Made by a program: the position numbers and the translations under genes
Notes under the pieces: model-generated
Databases searched by the model: none
The model's input: only the letters and a program-made list of their open reading frames with translations
What the model was told of the DNA's origin: nothing
Part shown: in pieces, positions 46,661-61,398 of the stretch
Layout of the letters: every line of letters starts with the position of its first letter
Position numbering within the stretch: the stretch's first letter is position 1
Origin: Podarcis bocagei
Lineage: Eukaryota
NCBI GenBank assembly: GCA_964188305.1
Contig: OZ076890.1
Direction: 5' to 3' (one strand)
Length of the DNA: 64,000 nt

Positions 46661-47283
46661 CCCTGACCTTTCAATCGGTGAGCCCAAGAGGCTCAGTGGT
46701 TTAGACAGACCACAGCGCCATCCACTCCCTTTATTATTATCCTGCTCATCTGGCTGGTACACTAACTAATGTCCTTTAGATTGTGCTTTCCATCCCTTGC
46801 ATATAATGTCAGGATTGTTCGGTTTTGGGGATAATTTGTATTCAGTTTTCAAATAAACATAAACAACAAAGACTAATCAAGACACCATTAACATACAAAG
46901 GAGTTAAGAGGGGTGGAGTCTGGAGATCTGCAGTACTGTCCCTAAGATCTTAGTCTCAGATTATGGTTCTGACACCACTTGAATTCCAACCCTGCTTAGG
47001 TTCTCCTCCTTGTGCATAGGAAGTGTCAGCAGGAACTCTGGGATTTGTAGTTCTTGCTTGAGGGAATGTGTCACACCAGACACATCTCTCTTTCTCCCAA
47101 AGGTCAAGTCACTGAGTTTCCTACACAAGCTCTCATTTGATCTCCCTGTTCTGGGCTGGCACTTTGACATTCCGAATGTTGTTTGCTTTGTTCTATTACT
47201 TGTTTCTGATTCACTCCAGGAGATTAAAGGAAACAAATGAAACTGACAGGATAACAGAACACAAATCTTCTTCATCATTTCAG

Positions 47284-47392
47284 AATATAAAGTTGTATCG
47301 ACTGAAAATGGAAGCCCTGCAGGAAAGGACAAGACTATTATAACGACAAATCAAACTCATTCTACTGTAGAAAACCTGAAACCTAACACGAG
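47284..47392 (+). CDS. ABI3BP: ABI3BP FN3 exon: EYKVVSTENG...TNQTHSTVENLKPNT
   Basis: FN3 motif VENLKPNT; cag / AG|gtaat splice sites. Confidence 0.96.
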
Positions 47393-50384
47393 GTAATACA
47401 ATTAGAAAATACTACCATGTGATATATGATGGGGTTCTAAGCACCCAGGAGTTGCTTCTTTGAAGGTGTGCTCTTCCCAAGTCCCACTCTTGACTTCTGC
47501 AGTAACTCCCCTTCCTGAATTACTCTCAGAGGGAGGGGAGGGGAGAGAGAATGTGTTTTATAGTTGATGTCTAACATTTCAACATTATATTTCATAAGAT
47601 GCAAACAGCCAGTTGTACAAGCAAGCTGACAAGTGTGCATGTTTGTATATATGATTTATGCATTAGAGAGGTGCTACTATAGTCACACCTAAGGATGGGG
47701 AGAAATTTGATTCAGCTCATGCTTAAAGGCAAACCTACCTCATTCACACTTTCTGAAACAATACACAAACCGAAACACAGCCATCCTTCAAAATTTGCAA
47801 TGCTCAAAATTTTGCCAAGGAATGTGTAAAAATGCATATATTTGAATAAAGTGTGCACAAAATAGTATACATAAATGAAAACAGCATTAAAAAGGCATTA
47901 TAATATAGGGAAATTGCTTAAGCAAAATTGCACATAAAACTATGTATATTGAAATAAATTTGCACTAAAATGCTGCTGAATTTTCACAACGCCTTTTGAA
48001 AAAGATTTGCAAACTGATGTGGAAATGTGAAACAAGACTGGGAAAATGAGAATCTGAAGGAAACTGAAATTCACAGATTTGCTTATCCCTACTTGCCCCC
48101 CCCCCCAACCTAAGGGCTGAAGGTTATCTACATAGATGCATCTTCTCGTGTCAGGAAGATATCAGGAACAGCGTCCCAGGCCTTGTTTGTTCATTATGGG
48201 CAAGAAATTATTGTCCTAAACATATCTGAGAATTTGCTCTGTAGCCGGAATTGTGAATGCTGCAAATGAAGGCTAAATCCACTAGAAAGACTAAATGAAA
48301 TAACTTGGATGGCTGTTGTGACAGGGCTAGTGGTTGCTTGTAAGCTTGCTGCATATCTCTTTATTGCAGTCTTATGCACACTGAACAAAATTACCACAAT
48401 GAGGTTTCCTTCCAAGTAACCAAACACAGGATCGCCCTGCTAAAAACATAACTTTGTAGGATCTAGAAGGGTAGAGACATGACATCATGAACTTATTCTT
48501 CTGCCCCACAGTGTTGCTTTAAGGGATATTCATACTGTCCATTACCTGTTTAACACAGTTACAGTTTTAAAACTTGCTGACACTTTCTTGCCTTTTGATT
48601 TTGTTGGACAGCTGGATTGCTGGAAAATTCCATGTGCTTTTTGCAGACCCGATGCAGGTGTTCCATTCTCTCATAGTAACTCATGTCTGATAATCTGTCC
48701 TTTTCATTGGTTATTTTGATTTTGTTTTCCATAGGTGAGGAGTGTTTTGGCTTTTGAACCTGGCGAGCTATCAAAAATAATGTGTGCAGCATTTCAGAGT
48801 GGGGAAAAATAACATCTTTAGACTTGACAAAATGCAAGCAGCTAGGAAAATACAAAGCATCTTACCCCATAATTTGGTTCACTCAGCATTCTTCAAATTA
48901 TTAAATGTTGTTGGAGTGAATAACATTTGGCTGGATCGTCAAGCAAAACAACATTTGTGTATTATGAATCTTCCTACTCAAATGTCTTGATCTTTCAACA
49001 GTTGCTTTCATGTGAGGAGTTTAAAGCAAATCACTCACAGTAAATAAAAACTCCGCATAGAATAAGTTATGGTTGATCAACTAACAATAATAGTTGGACC
49101 ACCATTAAATACTATGCACCCATAGCAAGCCGTGACTAGTTGTATACTTAGGCTACAATCCAATACAGACTTTAGCATGTTTGGGTCTGTGTTGGCATGG
49201 AACCTATGCTGTTAAATCCAGCTTGGATAATGTTGGCTTAACTAGCATGCAGACTCTCCTCCGGATGAAATAGAAAAATGTCCTTGTTGACATATTATGT
49301 TACCGTGGATTCACGGGCTTAGCAGCTATCCAGCTGGAGCCATTGGCTGAGATTTATCCATACTGCCTATGCTGCCCCATTATTTTTAGTAGAGTTGTCA
49401 AACATACACTTTCCTGTGTGAGGTGATTATGTACTGAGAGGTGTGGCAGGTGGCACTGAATCAGCCACAAGCATCACTGAGCAAACAGGCCAGGTAAAGG
49501 AGGGGTCCATGCTCTTACCTACTAGCATCCCAAAGCAGCTGTGGAGGCAAGGGGGCTGGATCAACATCAAGCAAACAGCTGCTAGTATCTAGTCAGCAGC
49601 ACCCAGTGTGATCTGATGATGTCAGAAGTGATGTCTGCACTAGGGATGCCTTTCCAGTTACCAACGGTATGCTTGCATAGTGCTTACCCAGACTCCACCA
49701 CCAATATGTTCAAGAGGTCTTCATGATTACTGTAAGAGCCATTTATTGCTCTCTGTCCCATCATACTGGCCATTGCTGGTGGTTATTCCATGGTTGTCTT
49801 CCTCCCACAATGTTTTCTTCAGAAAGATGCCTTTTCATATTCTGAAATCCACAATTTCTTGCCCTTTTCACATTTGAGTTTACTCAGATTATGGGGCTCA
49901 TGCTTAACTTTTGTTCTTGTTCCTGCAAAGTTCTCCGGATTATGTAGCTTTCAATTATCGCTTTCCTTATGTTTTTGAAAGTAAAGTCTCAGGTTGCTCA
50001 TATGTTGATGTATATAGTTTTGAATCTCTCTATATGCCATCTCCATTTCACACCTTAGCTAGAATTGGGTCTCTAAAGAAATTTATGTGTGCCTTCTTGA
50101 GATATGAAAAATATTTCAAGGTTGTTTAATACAAGAGGACACCTGCCCTCTTCCAATCCAATTAAATTATCCATCTCTGCTATCCTTGTCTGGTAAATGG
50201 CCAGTTCTGTGTGCCTAAAGATTAAGGGAACATCAATGGAATTGGTCTCACTGAATGCCTACTCAGCCGAACAGCTTTGACACTGAACCGGAAAACAGTT
50301 TTCTTGCTTTGGGCCATAGATTAAAAGCTTTATGATTTAACAATTCACAATTTGTCTATATAATTTGAGCATGAACAATAATAA

Positions 50385-50653
50385 AAATTAAGGAGGAATG
50401 TGTGTGCGTCCTATGGGGAGAATGCAGGCTTTCGCTGAAGCTTGGAGAGCGAGAGGGGTCGGTGCGCACCGACCCCTCTAGCTCTCCAGGCTTCAGGAAG
50501 CTCTGCGCAACCCTTGGGAGACCGGCATGACTTCGCACCGGTCTCCTGAGGGTTGCGCAGAGCTGCCTGCATTCCCGGGCTTCGCGGGGGGGAAATAATT
50601 TTTTTTTTCATTATTTCCCCCCAAAAAAATACGCTATGGGGCGAAAAATACGG
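50385..50653. mobile_element. partial Tc1/mariner MITE related to 12992-13677
   Basis: shares the gagcgagaggggtcggtgcgcaccgacccct hairpin and the right TIR ...gcgaaaaatacgg-TA. Confidence 0.75.
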
Positions 50654-51266
50654 TATTTTTTTCAAAACACAGTACTGTGAGCAGAAGCAATGGAAAGAAG
50701 GGATAAGTCTAAAGTTCAAACTTCCTCTAGATCTAAATACTAGTAGGTAAAATGGTGTACAAGCTCAGCAAAGTGGTTAGAAAGATTTTCTAGTAACTTT
50801 CTGAATATGCCAATAAATCTAAATAAAGAGATTTCATGATAGATGTACCTTTTCTGCTTGAGATTTTAAGCCAGCAACTCAACTGAAAACTGCATATTGA
50901 GAGGGTTTTTTATTCCCCTTTTCTATGCACATACATTTCTGCACTGTTGCAAGATCTGGAAAATAGTGCCATTCCTTCTGCTTGCCAAGATTCCATATGG
51001 GATAGCAATTTCCTATGGAAAAAGTCTTTACTGCAATACAAATAATGTTCACTTAATCTGTGCGAGAACATTTTTCTTATATGTGATGTGGTGGACTTCT
51101 TTGGTCCATAACCTGTGCCAACAGTTGAAGGCAAATAACTATTTGGCATACACTGTTTAGGGGTTCCGTGGCCTTGTAATCTAGCTTGCACTTGAGTGCT
51201 GATTGCATATCTGTCTTAGGACTTCAGACAATGTACAACTACAGTGCTTGTCTCAGGAGCTGCATA

Positions 51267-51620
51267 AACGTAAAGGGACCCCTGACTGTTAGGTCCAGTT
51301 GCGGATGACTCTGGGGTTGCGGCGCTCATCTCGCTTTACTGGCCGAGGGAGCCAGCGTACAGCTTCCGGGTCATGTGGCCAGCATGACTAAGCTGCTTCT
51401 GGTAAACCAGAGCAGCACACGGAAACACTGTTTACCTTCCCTCTGGAATGGTACCTATTTATCTACTTGAACTCTGAGGTGCTTTCGAACTGCTAAGTTG
51501 GCAGGAGCAGGGACCGAGCAATGGGAGCTCACCCCATCATGGGGATTTGAACCGCCGACCTTCTAATCGGCAAGCCCTAGGCTCTGTGGTTTAGACCACA
51601 GCACCACCCACGTCCCCAAA
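51267..51620 (-). mobile_element. Sauria-type SINE, full length
   Basis: family match; 10-bp TSD gagctgcata (51257-51266/51621-51630). Confidence 0.9.
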
Positions 51621-52164
51621 GAGCTGCATAGACCACACAAAAGAAATGAAGCTAAAAGCTGTTTCTTGGCATTAAAACACTAGATAGTAAACATGTAGAG
51701 GACACAGTGCACTGTTTTATGCATCTTTGACATGTTGATTTGGGACCTGCACACTTCCACTTTTTACACAGTCATTGTCCCTGATGCCTGTGTTTCCACA
51801 GCTTTCTAGTGGTGAAAAAATATGTAATTACATTACAAAATAGACGTAGGTGCATGGTAACTACTATAACACCTGAAGTGGCCCTGAGGCCTGTCACAGA
51901 ACCACTTGAACAAGCTTTGAGGGTGAGTTCATTGTGCAAGGAATTCCCCTCAAGAGGAGAGAGAGGACCATATACACTTACCCGTATATCTTAAATGTTT
52001 TCATGAAAACTTACACATTCAGAGAGGCTTCATACAAAATGAGTTTCTAACACACAAGTCACTAGGATACAGAAATGTGCTTTCATCCTGTTTCCAAATA
52101 ATCACAAGTAACAAATTCAGGTGTGTGTTTTGTGTTGTTTGTGTATGCATATACAGCAGAATTG

Positions 52165-52228
52165 CCTTGCAGGGGGTTGGACTAGATGACTCTTGGGGTC
52201 CCTTCCAACTCTACAATTCTATGATTCT
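52165..52228 (+). mobile_element. CR1 LINE 3' terminus
   Basis: ggggttggactagatg...ggtcccttccaact...attctatgattct, the canonical CR1 3' end; a related stub lies at ~33510-33566. Confidence 0.75.
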
Positions 52229-52372
52229 AGATTGCCTTACTGATTGTGGGTCCCAGTAGCATGTATATGTGGCAAAATATGCATGTATGCATTTGGTCCA
52301 TGTGATTATATATGTGCAACTTTCGTGCAATTTTCAATGTAGAAATTATAGCTATGTAGCAAAATCATAGTA

Positions 52373-52614
52373 CAGTGGTACCTTGGGTTACATATGCTTC
52401 AGGTTACATACGCTTCAGGTTACAGACTCCGCTAGCCCAGAAATAGTAGCTCGGGTTAAGAACTTTGCTTCAGGATGAGAACAGAAATCGTGCTCTGGCG
52501 GCGCAGCAGCAGTGGGAGGTCCCATTAGCTAAAGTGGTGCTTCAGGTTAAGAACAGTTTCAGGTTAAGAACAGACCTCAAGAACGAATTAAGTTCTTAAC
52601 CCAAGGTACCACTG
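52373..52614. mobile_element. Tc1/mariner-type MITE
   Basis: TIR cagtggtaccttgggtta / taacccaaggtaccactg, TA TSD. Confidence 0.9.
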
Positions 52615-52732
52615 TATTCTCAGGAATACTTACAACAGTCCTTTTAGATAAACCAATGATAAACTTTACCATGCAATGCTTGATGTTTGTAATAAAGAAC
52701 TGGGTGTATCCCCCCTTCCATTTTCTTCCTAG

Positions 52733-52812
52733 TTATGAATTTGTTGTGATACCTAGCAACCCCCTTGGTGAAGGACCAAGCACCGAATCAAAGCCATTTA
52801 AAACTGAATCAG
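52733..52812 (+). CDS. ABI3BP: ABI3BP FN3 exon: SYEFVVIPSNPLGEGPSTESKPFKTES
   Basis: FN3 YEF...NPLGEGP; phase 2-1, consistent with its neighbours. Confidence 0.96.
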
Positions 52813-53415
52813 GTAAGAGTTTTAATAAGTGTACCAATTAGCTACAAGCCTCTCTAGCTCTTTACGCGTTTTAATATCTACCCACTGTAAGAAAAATCAG
52901 CAGATAAAGTGAAAGCTATATGGGAATTATGCATTTACACAAACTTCCTCAAGAATGACGTTTTAATCTGGTACCTGGAAATGTTGTTAATTTTTATTTT
53001 ATTTTCAAATACAACTCCCTGCCTGGTTTAAAATGCCATTAATTAATTAATTACTCTCAAAATTACCATGACCTCATTTAAGGCCTTATGGTTGTTTATA
53101 ATGTAAAGACACAAAATACAATGTAAAGACACAAAAAATATACCCCCCTGACACATTTAAAAGGTCCTAAAATAGATCAAAACATCAGGTAGACAGCACT
53201 TTTAAAAGCACAGTATTTGGTATTTCAAAGTAGTCATGAGCAGCTTATTAGTTTAACGTAAGCTCACAAGTGTTCTGTCTTGATTTCAAACCACGTTGCA
53301 GTTGTACAGATTACAATTCATGTCAACTGAAGAAGTAAACCTTTTTCCCTAGCATACTTCTGAAATGCTAGAAGTTATTTTGCAGTCTGACCCAGCACTT
53401 GTTTTTTCTCCTTAG

Positions 53416-53445
53416 CGGACCCAAGAGTGACGGAGCCAATCTCAA
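53416..53445 (+). CDS. ABI3BP: ABI3BP 30-nt microexon: ADPRVTEPIS
   Basis: matches mammalian ADPRVSEPVS; tag / A|gtaag sites. Confidence 0.94.
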
Positions 53446-54779
53446 GTAAGTCCTTTATACATTATAGTATACTCTGGTGAGAGCATTTTTCTGAGGTGAG
53501 ATAATGTACTGCCGTATGACAGAGTGGATTTGGAAGAGAAAGGCATTTTGCATATGATTTCATGGGTTTTTTTGGGGGGGGGTTGGTTTTTTTGACCTGC
53601 GCTGTTTGCAAAGAGTTCCTGCCAGTCTAAATGTTTACCTGAGGCCTGCCCAATCAATTGGAGGTGGCGCTCCACTGGCTCAGAACCAAGGGGCAGAAAT
53701 GAGCCAGGCACAGCTCATATTTTCTCAGGCCTGTCATTAAATTAAAAGACAGCTCTCTGAAATGAATAGGCTGTTTCTCACTTAATAAGTGATTTAACAG
53801 AGCATGCAGCAGTGTCCAGCCACTGCTATAGAAAATCTGCCATCAGCTTCTGCAGCTCTCTGAAAAATGTTGGCTGCCATCAGCTTTATTGTGGGGGACT
53901 GTAAGCTCTGTATAAGGTCTTTAACTAGGAGGAAAGGATCTGATACAGTTGAGGGAGGGTAAGTTTCTTAATTCATTTAGGAGACTCATGTTTAATATGG
54001 CGTAAAAGGTAGTCTTCCTTTCTGTGGTTCGTCCCCCCCAACAGAATGTGTTTCTCAGCATTTATTTTAGTTACAAAATCCATTTTTACCCCACTTTTCA
54101 GCCCCCAAAGGGGCCTCCAATGCAGCTTAGATCATCAATTGAAACAATAATATAATCAAAGCAATAAAGTGAATAGTGCCGGCTATAGCAACAGCAGAAA
54201 CGCGAACTAGAAAAGCTCAGAACAAACAGTAATTTAAATGCAATAGGGAAGTTACCAGACATTGGTATAAGGAAGGAACCTGCCTGGCTTACTTAGGTAC
54301 CAAGTTCTGCAATCTCAGTGCTGCATTGCAGAAGACCCTTTCACACATCCCGTATTTCTCTTGCTACAATGTATTAAACCTTTTTATTGGTTGAAACCTA
54401 AACTTCAAAGAAATGTACAAATCAGTTGTCCCATCAATTCAGCTGAGCAAATTAGAGCTGTTATTCCTGTCTAACTGGTTACTACGCTTTTGTGCCTGAG
54501 TGCTGATCAGAAATTGGTGTAAATATGAGACCTTTTCATAACCTTTTATTTCCTATTTATACCTACTTTCCTTTTTATCTGCTAGTTCTTCTGGTTTATC
54601 TTCCAACTCTTGTTTATTATACTGTTTTGTTTTGTTTTGTTTTGTTTTGTTTTGTTTTGTTTTGTGAGCTGCCTTGAGGCCATTTCATAGTGGAAGACAG
54701 GGTAAAAATTAAAAAATGTTCCTATATGTCTCTTTCTTTCACTTCATTCCAATGTCTACGCACATATTTTTGAACATAG

Positions 54780-55055
<276 letters not shown>

Positions 55056-55695
55056 TGAAGAAAAAGCTTCCCTTAACTGCTTTGGGTGGCAATGCTGTGC
55101 TCCATCTGCCATGTGGAAGAACACTGGGCAATGACCGACTATGGCTCTCAGTGACTCATCTCTGTGCGATCAAAAATCCAGAAGCCATCCCAGCACCAGC
55201 TGCATCAGTATGTTGTTTTAAGGATTGAACAGGATGTACAGCATTGTAGGCTAGATCATCCCCACTTGCTTCATTCAGTGCTTCACTGATGGTAAAGTGG
55301 AACAAAGATTCCTGCCTTCAACTTTAAAGGGCATGGAATCTGTAGTCACCTGAAAAGGCTGCTGCCGGCTTAGCAGAGATTGTCACTGACAGGGTACATG
55401 CTTGAGATGGCAAATGATCCAGGTAGTGGGCCATATACCCATGGAACAGGCTTCCACAGATGTACAACCAGCTAAATGAGGACCAGCACACACAGATGTG
55501 AATGTGCAAAGCTATGTAAAGTAAGTTGCAATTGGGTCGGTTAGCTTTTTGGGGGTGGGGAGCAGCAAATTGGATTTGGCCAAACATGTTTATAGGGCTG
55601 TAGGCATGGTCCACTGGTCAGGGACTGGTCAGTTTTATGCACCTCTTGTCAAATTCTTTAGGACGGTCATAAACACTCCTCTAATCATTATTTAA

Positions 55696-55875
<180 letters not shown>

Positions 55876-56407
55876 TAAAGGGTTTGTGTCTTGACTTTTT
55901 GGACACTTGACATGGATCCACAGCCAAGCCTGGCTTCCTAAAAGCTTATTTAGGACACACATTTGCAAACTAAAATTTGCTCATGCTTGTCGTTGTCTTG
56001 CCCTATGGGCTAGAGAACTTCAGGCCCAGAGGCTGAATGCCTCCAGACCTCTCTGCTCAGCTCTTCAGATTCTCCTCAGGCCACACTTCCAAGTGGCCTT
56101 GCTCTATGCCCTACTTGAATGCTTTTGGCTGGCTGGAATGAATCATTCAACTGTGATAATGGCTGCCCAGATGGAGAAAAGGGATGTATCAATCTCAGAC
56201 TTTTCCATGGCTAAAACACAAACTACTGCACTAAGAGTCACTCTGCCCACTTTTGTCTGTAGCTGTACCCATGTTTGCCTCTGGTCCTAATCGCCATGGA
56301 CATGCAGTTTCCCCCAAAGGTATAAGGGAATGTGCCCCACAGGTGGAAAAAGTCCACTCCCCTTACTTTACACTTTTAAATGTGCACTTTAAAAATCTTA
56401 GGTGTGG

Positions 56408-57192
56408 TGTTGTTGTTGTTGTTTAGTCGTGTCCGACTCTTCATGACCCCATGGACCAGAGCACGCCAGGCACTCCTGTCTTCCACTGCCTCCTGTAGTT
56501 TGGTCAAACTCATGTTAGTAGCTTCGAGAACACTGTCCAACCATCTCGTCCTCTGTCGTCCCCTTCTCCTTGTGCCCTCCATCTTTCCCAACATCAGGGT
56601 CTTCTCCAGAGAGTCTTCTCTTCTCATGAGGTGGCCAAAGTATTGGAGCCTCAGCTTCACGATCTGTCCTTCCAGTGAGCACTCAGGGCTGATTTCCTTC
56701 AGAATGGAGAGGTTTGATCTTCTTGCAGTCCATGGGACTCTCAAGAGTCTCGTCCAGCACCATAATTCAAAAGCATCAATTCTTTGGCACTCAGCCTTCT
56801 TTATGGTCCAGCTCTCACTTCCATACATTACTACTGGGAAAACCATAGCTTTAACTATACGGACCTTTGTTGGCAAGGTGATGTCTTAAGATGCTGTCTA
56901 GGTTTGTCATTGCTTTTCTCCCAAGAAGCAGGTGTCTTTTAATTTCGTGGCTGCTGTCACCATCTGCAGTGATCATGGAGCCCAAAAAAGTAAAATCTCT
57001 CACTGCCTCCATTTCTTCCCCTTCTATTTGCCAGGAGGTGATGGGACCAGCAGCCATGGTCTTAGTTTTTTTGATGTTGAGCTTCAAACCATATTTGAAG
57101 CTCCACATCAAAAAAACTAAGATAATGGCCACTGGTCCCATCACCTCCTGGCAAATAGAAGGAGAAGAAAGGGAGGCTGTGAGAGATTTTAC
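56408..57192 (-). mobile_element. BovB LINE 3' fragment with an inverted duplication at its 5' end
   Basis: BovB ORF peptide (YGSESWTIKKAE...ELWCW.RLLRVPWTARRSN); 57094-57192 is the reverse complement of 56990-57088. Confidence 0.92.
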
Positions 57193-57198
57193 ACCTAG

Positions 57199-57393
<195 letters not shown>

Positions 57394-58953
57394 AGCAAGA
57401 GATAAGACAAATGGCAGAGCAAAGGATGATACCAAATGGCTGCAATCCAGCTATGGCTAAGCCAGGCAAGCTGAGAGATGGAAATGTGTTGTGGGTGTAG
57501 TATTGTTCATTCTGAAATCTAACAATACTGTGTTAACTGTTTGATAGCATTGGCTGCTTAATTATAGTTGTCCAGATTTATGGATCTGTTGTAGGAACTT
57601 GGAACATGTCATAAAATACTTGGGAAGCTGGCTCCCTCTTAAGTCTCTTCTGGTGCCTTCTACATATTTTGAAAGATGTAGTTTATTATTTATCATTGTT
57701 TGAGGCACCTTTTATGGAAAAGTATGTATTCTGAATTTTATTGATGCATACTGCCGAAGTACGTGTTCTGATTTATTTTTCAACTCATTTAAGTTATTCT
57801 GTCAGGTTAGCTTTTCTGCTACTTTATATGCCCAGGCTGCAAATATACAGTTCTCTATTTGAACATTCTGGAAAGCTAATGATGCTCTCTGTACAGCTCT
57901 GTACTCAGATAGCCTGTGTTTTTAAACATGGCAGCCATATGCCAGAGAACCATTTGACTGAGCCCATGTCAATAATCGTTCTGCCATTTGAAAGTGTGGC
58001 AAAATGCTCACCACTTGGCCTGAGGTAGATTGGATGCCTGCATCATTTTGTGGAGAACTCACCTAAGGGTAGGTTTTATTCTCTATTCATTTTAATTTTG
58101 TATGTCCAACAGGACTTTTATTTGGCAAAAGCAGGTTACAGCTTGCTTGTAAGGCCTGCTCCTCAAGACGCTTGTTTTGCATAGATGGAGCTAACTATTG
58201 AAGGGACTGTATACACATGCTTCTATGGTGCTTTTGGAGTAACTGGAAGCTATGTCTCTGCAGATTTTTGCCGCTCTATAGTGGATTGATTTCAGCTCTG
58301 CTCGAAAGGTAGAATGCAGCCACCTAAAGGTAAAATCTGTTGCTACAGCAAACAACAGGGAGATGATCTGTACAAACCTTAACCTTGTGATCACTATCAT
58401 TATAATGGAGCAAAACAGGATGTTGCATCTCAAAATACTGTGTGCTCTAATACTTACCAAGGTCATATATTTTAAGCACTATGTTTGCCTTTACAGTACA
58501 AAGCAGAGAATCATTCACTGCTTCCAGTGAAACCTGCCTTCCCAACATGTATGCAATATTCATAATTTATAAAGTGCTCCCAAAAAATCAAGACATAAAA
58601 TCAAGAATAAGCAGGTTTAAATGTACCCTTAACAAGCTAGTATGATTATTAGGTTTTAACTGTGTTGAGTAAAGATGAATGCAGACTTCAGTCAAATACC
58701 ATGTAGAATATATTACGGCTGAAGCATACAAAAATCTTTATATACAGTTGAAACAGTAATGTGATCTGTTTTGTAGAATGGAAAAATGAAAGCAGTATTT
58801 TAAAAATGGCTCTGTGCTTCCCCTCTACACAAAGTGATATATTTGTATTGCTTAAACATTTAAACATTATATATATAAAGAGATGTAGGTTTTTAAAGGT
58901 GTTTATTCAGCGTATTAAAAAAGAACACAAGGAATATTGGATTGGTTGTTTAT

Positions 58954-59003
58954 AATAAAAAAAACTTTTAAGTACATTGCCGGTACACTGTACTCTTAAT
59001 AAA
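58954..59003 (+). terminator. candidate ABI3BP polyadenylation signals (AATAAA at 58954 and 58998)
   Basis: two AATAAA after an AT-rich 3' UTR of about 1.6 kb. Confidence 0.55.
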
Positions 59004-60295
59004 GTATTTTAAATCATAAGTAGTATTTGATCCATTGGTATATTCAGCAGACACAAAACTGAAAAATTCTGAAAACAATTCTAAATTCTCTTGAGAGCCA
59101 CTTCAAAGACTTTCCAGTAACCTTTAGTTGCAATTTTGAAATTGTAACTGAAATTATCGGATAGTTTGGGGGAGGTGGGAGTGTCCTGTTTCAGTACAAC
59201 AGATTGACAGCAAACGCAGAGTGTGCCACATCCTTCCTTAACTAAGATTTTGTAAACAATGTGAAATAGAGCATCTCCCTCAATATGGCTTAGCTGAGAG
59301 GCTCCATAGCCTCATGTGGTTGCCTAAGTGAATGTGCTGGGTTTGTCTTACATGGAAGCATTGTGTGACACATTGTGCTCCCGTACAGGACATGCACATG
59401 CAACCTTAGCAAGTTGTGCATTTGTGGCAGCTGCACATATATAAATCGAAATGGTTTTGCAGTATCACAAGGAGCTATTGGTTCATACAGTTGTAATAGC
59501 TGGGTACCTTAAGTCTATTATTGGTTGAAATAGTTAAATCACGTTACTTTATGAACTTTAACATATATGGGGGATTTTGAAAATGTAACCTCTAATAGTT
59601 CAATTGCTTCATTCCACAGAACTAAATGCGAATGGGTTGTCTCCAACGTTAATCATGAAATTAATGGGCACGACTTAGAGCACACTCATTGAAATCAACA
59701 GACCTGAGTAGAATTTAGCTAGCTATAACCCAATGTGTTTCAATATATGCTCTTAACAGGTTATGATTCCCATGCACTATAATAAGCCTGTCACATGAGT
59801 ACTTCACAGAACATTCACTGTCACATTAAGTTTGTGAATCCATTTTGATACAACCATTAATTTGTTGCTCTTGAGTCAGTAAACAGCTATTTCCAAGATT
59901 CCCTTGGATGGTGAAAAGGACATGGTGCATGTGATTCAATAGCTGTGAATACCATGAAGTGGACATCAATCTTTCCTAGTATAGTGCACAGGCAGTGCCT
60001 CAGGCCATTATAGGGATTAGTAGTCACTACACCTAGGACACAGGTACAATGCCTTACACAGTGACTATCATTTCACCTAGTTAACTATTACCTACACTTG
60101 CTGGTAACAATTTGCCAGCATCCAAGGTCTTCTGAAGCCCCCCAGTAAAGTTGGGATGGCTTACATGAAGAATTATATTGGTTGAAGCATTCCTGATTGG
60201 GGGGTGGGGGTTCTTTACTATAGCTGCAGGCGTTGCAATGGATGTAGTAAAAACACAATGCCCGGCAATTGAACAAAAAAGGATGATTTGAGTAT

Positions 60296-60379
60296 TTTAT
60301 TCAATTTCAGTGTGCATGTTACAATTTAAACATCATACCTAGTTTTAACAAGTGGGTCTAATTTAGTACATATTTTATT
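60296..60379 (-). terminator. candidate TFG polyadenylation signals
   Basis: minus-strand AATAAA at 60374-60379 and 60296-60301, 300-400 nt after the stop codon. Confidence 0.5.
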
Positions 60380-60692
60380 AGTAAAAACAAGCCAGATTTC
60401 AGCTAGATTTTTTCACCTAGTAGTTTAATATGGCAAGTCAGAATGTCATTACTTTACAAACATTTAGGTAGTGTTTCCAATATTAAACTAGAAAGCCAAT
60501 ACAATTTAAAGCAGGAAACAAGATTCATTTGGTCATTTATCCCAGCAAATTATACAGCAACAGTGATACCATAGAATATTCTGCCTTTCATTAGTTTCCA
60601 TATTTTAGTTAAAGAACCTTGGAGTCTGTATGGATGGAATAGCAACAGCAACAACTTGGACTTACTTGGGGCCCATCAACAGCACAGCTTCC

Positions 60693-61078
60693 TTATCGAT
60701 AGCCAGGACCTGGCTGGGTGTAACCCTGGCCAAAAGGAGGGCGATTGCGTGCATATGGATTAGGGCCACTTGGAGGGGGTGTCATAGTAGTTCCAGGCGG
60801 TGGAGTGAAGCCTGGTCTTGGCTGATAAGCACCTGGCTGGCTGGGAGCCATTCCAGGTTGCGAAGCTGGGGTCACATTATAGCTGGCCGACTGTGAAGCT
60901 TGTGTTGTGTAGTTCTGTGCAGGAAAGGTGCCTGCCTGATACTGCTGGGGAGGCTGAGCTGGCAGCTGCTGAGGTTGAGGCTGGCCAGGAAACCCAGGAG
61001 CTGGAGCCTGTGAGGGCTGCTGGCTGTAGGCTTGGAACTGCTGTGCTTGTTGAGGAGCAGTCTGCTGGCTGTAGCCTG
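60693..61078 (-). CDS. TFG: TFG (TRK-fused gene) last coding exon
   Basis: ...[28 protein letters not shown] is the TFG C-terminus; ttccag acceptor. Confidence 0.97.
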
Positions 61079-61398
61079 CTGGAAGAGCCAAACAGCAATG
61101 CAGATAAGTGAAAGTAACACAACGGTTCACTTTGTAATGCATTCTTAAAAAAATACAGACACTCCAGACAAAAGCTAAAAACATACATGAAAAACAACAG
61201 GGGGTAGGGGGTAAAACATGAATTGCATTTTTTAATGTAAAAAAACCCAGCCTGGATACATATTAGCCAACTCCAGTGCATAAAAGTGCAGGTGGAGTAA
61301 CATTCTCCAATAGTGTTGCTCTAAAGCAGGAGTGGACAACCTGTAGCCCTCTAGATGTTGTAAGTCTCTACTTCCCACAAGTCCCAACTATCATGGCC

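Noticed and set aside
46486-46769. ORFs containing X runs
   Set aside because: artefacts of the assembly gap
11291-54665. microsatellites (AAT)n at ~11291, 19434 and 35452, (TTTG)n at 28321, (TTTTG)n at 54624
   Set aside because: ordinary simple repeats, several of them retroelement tails; they explain the poly-Ile/Leu ORFs
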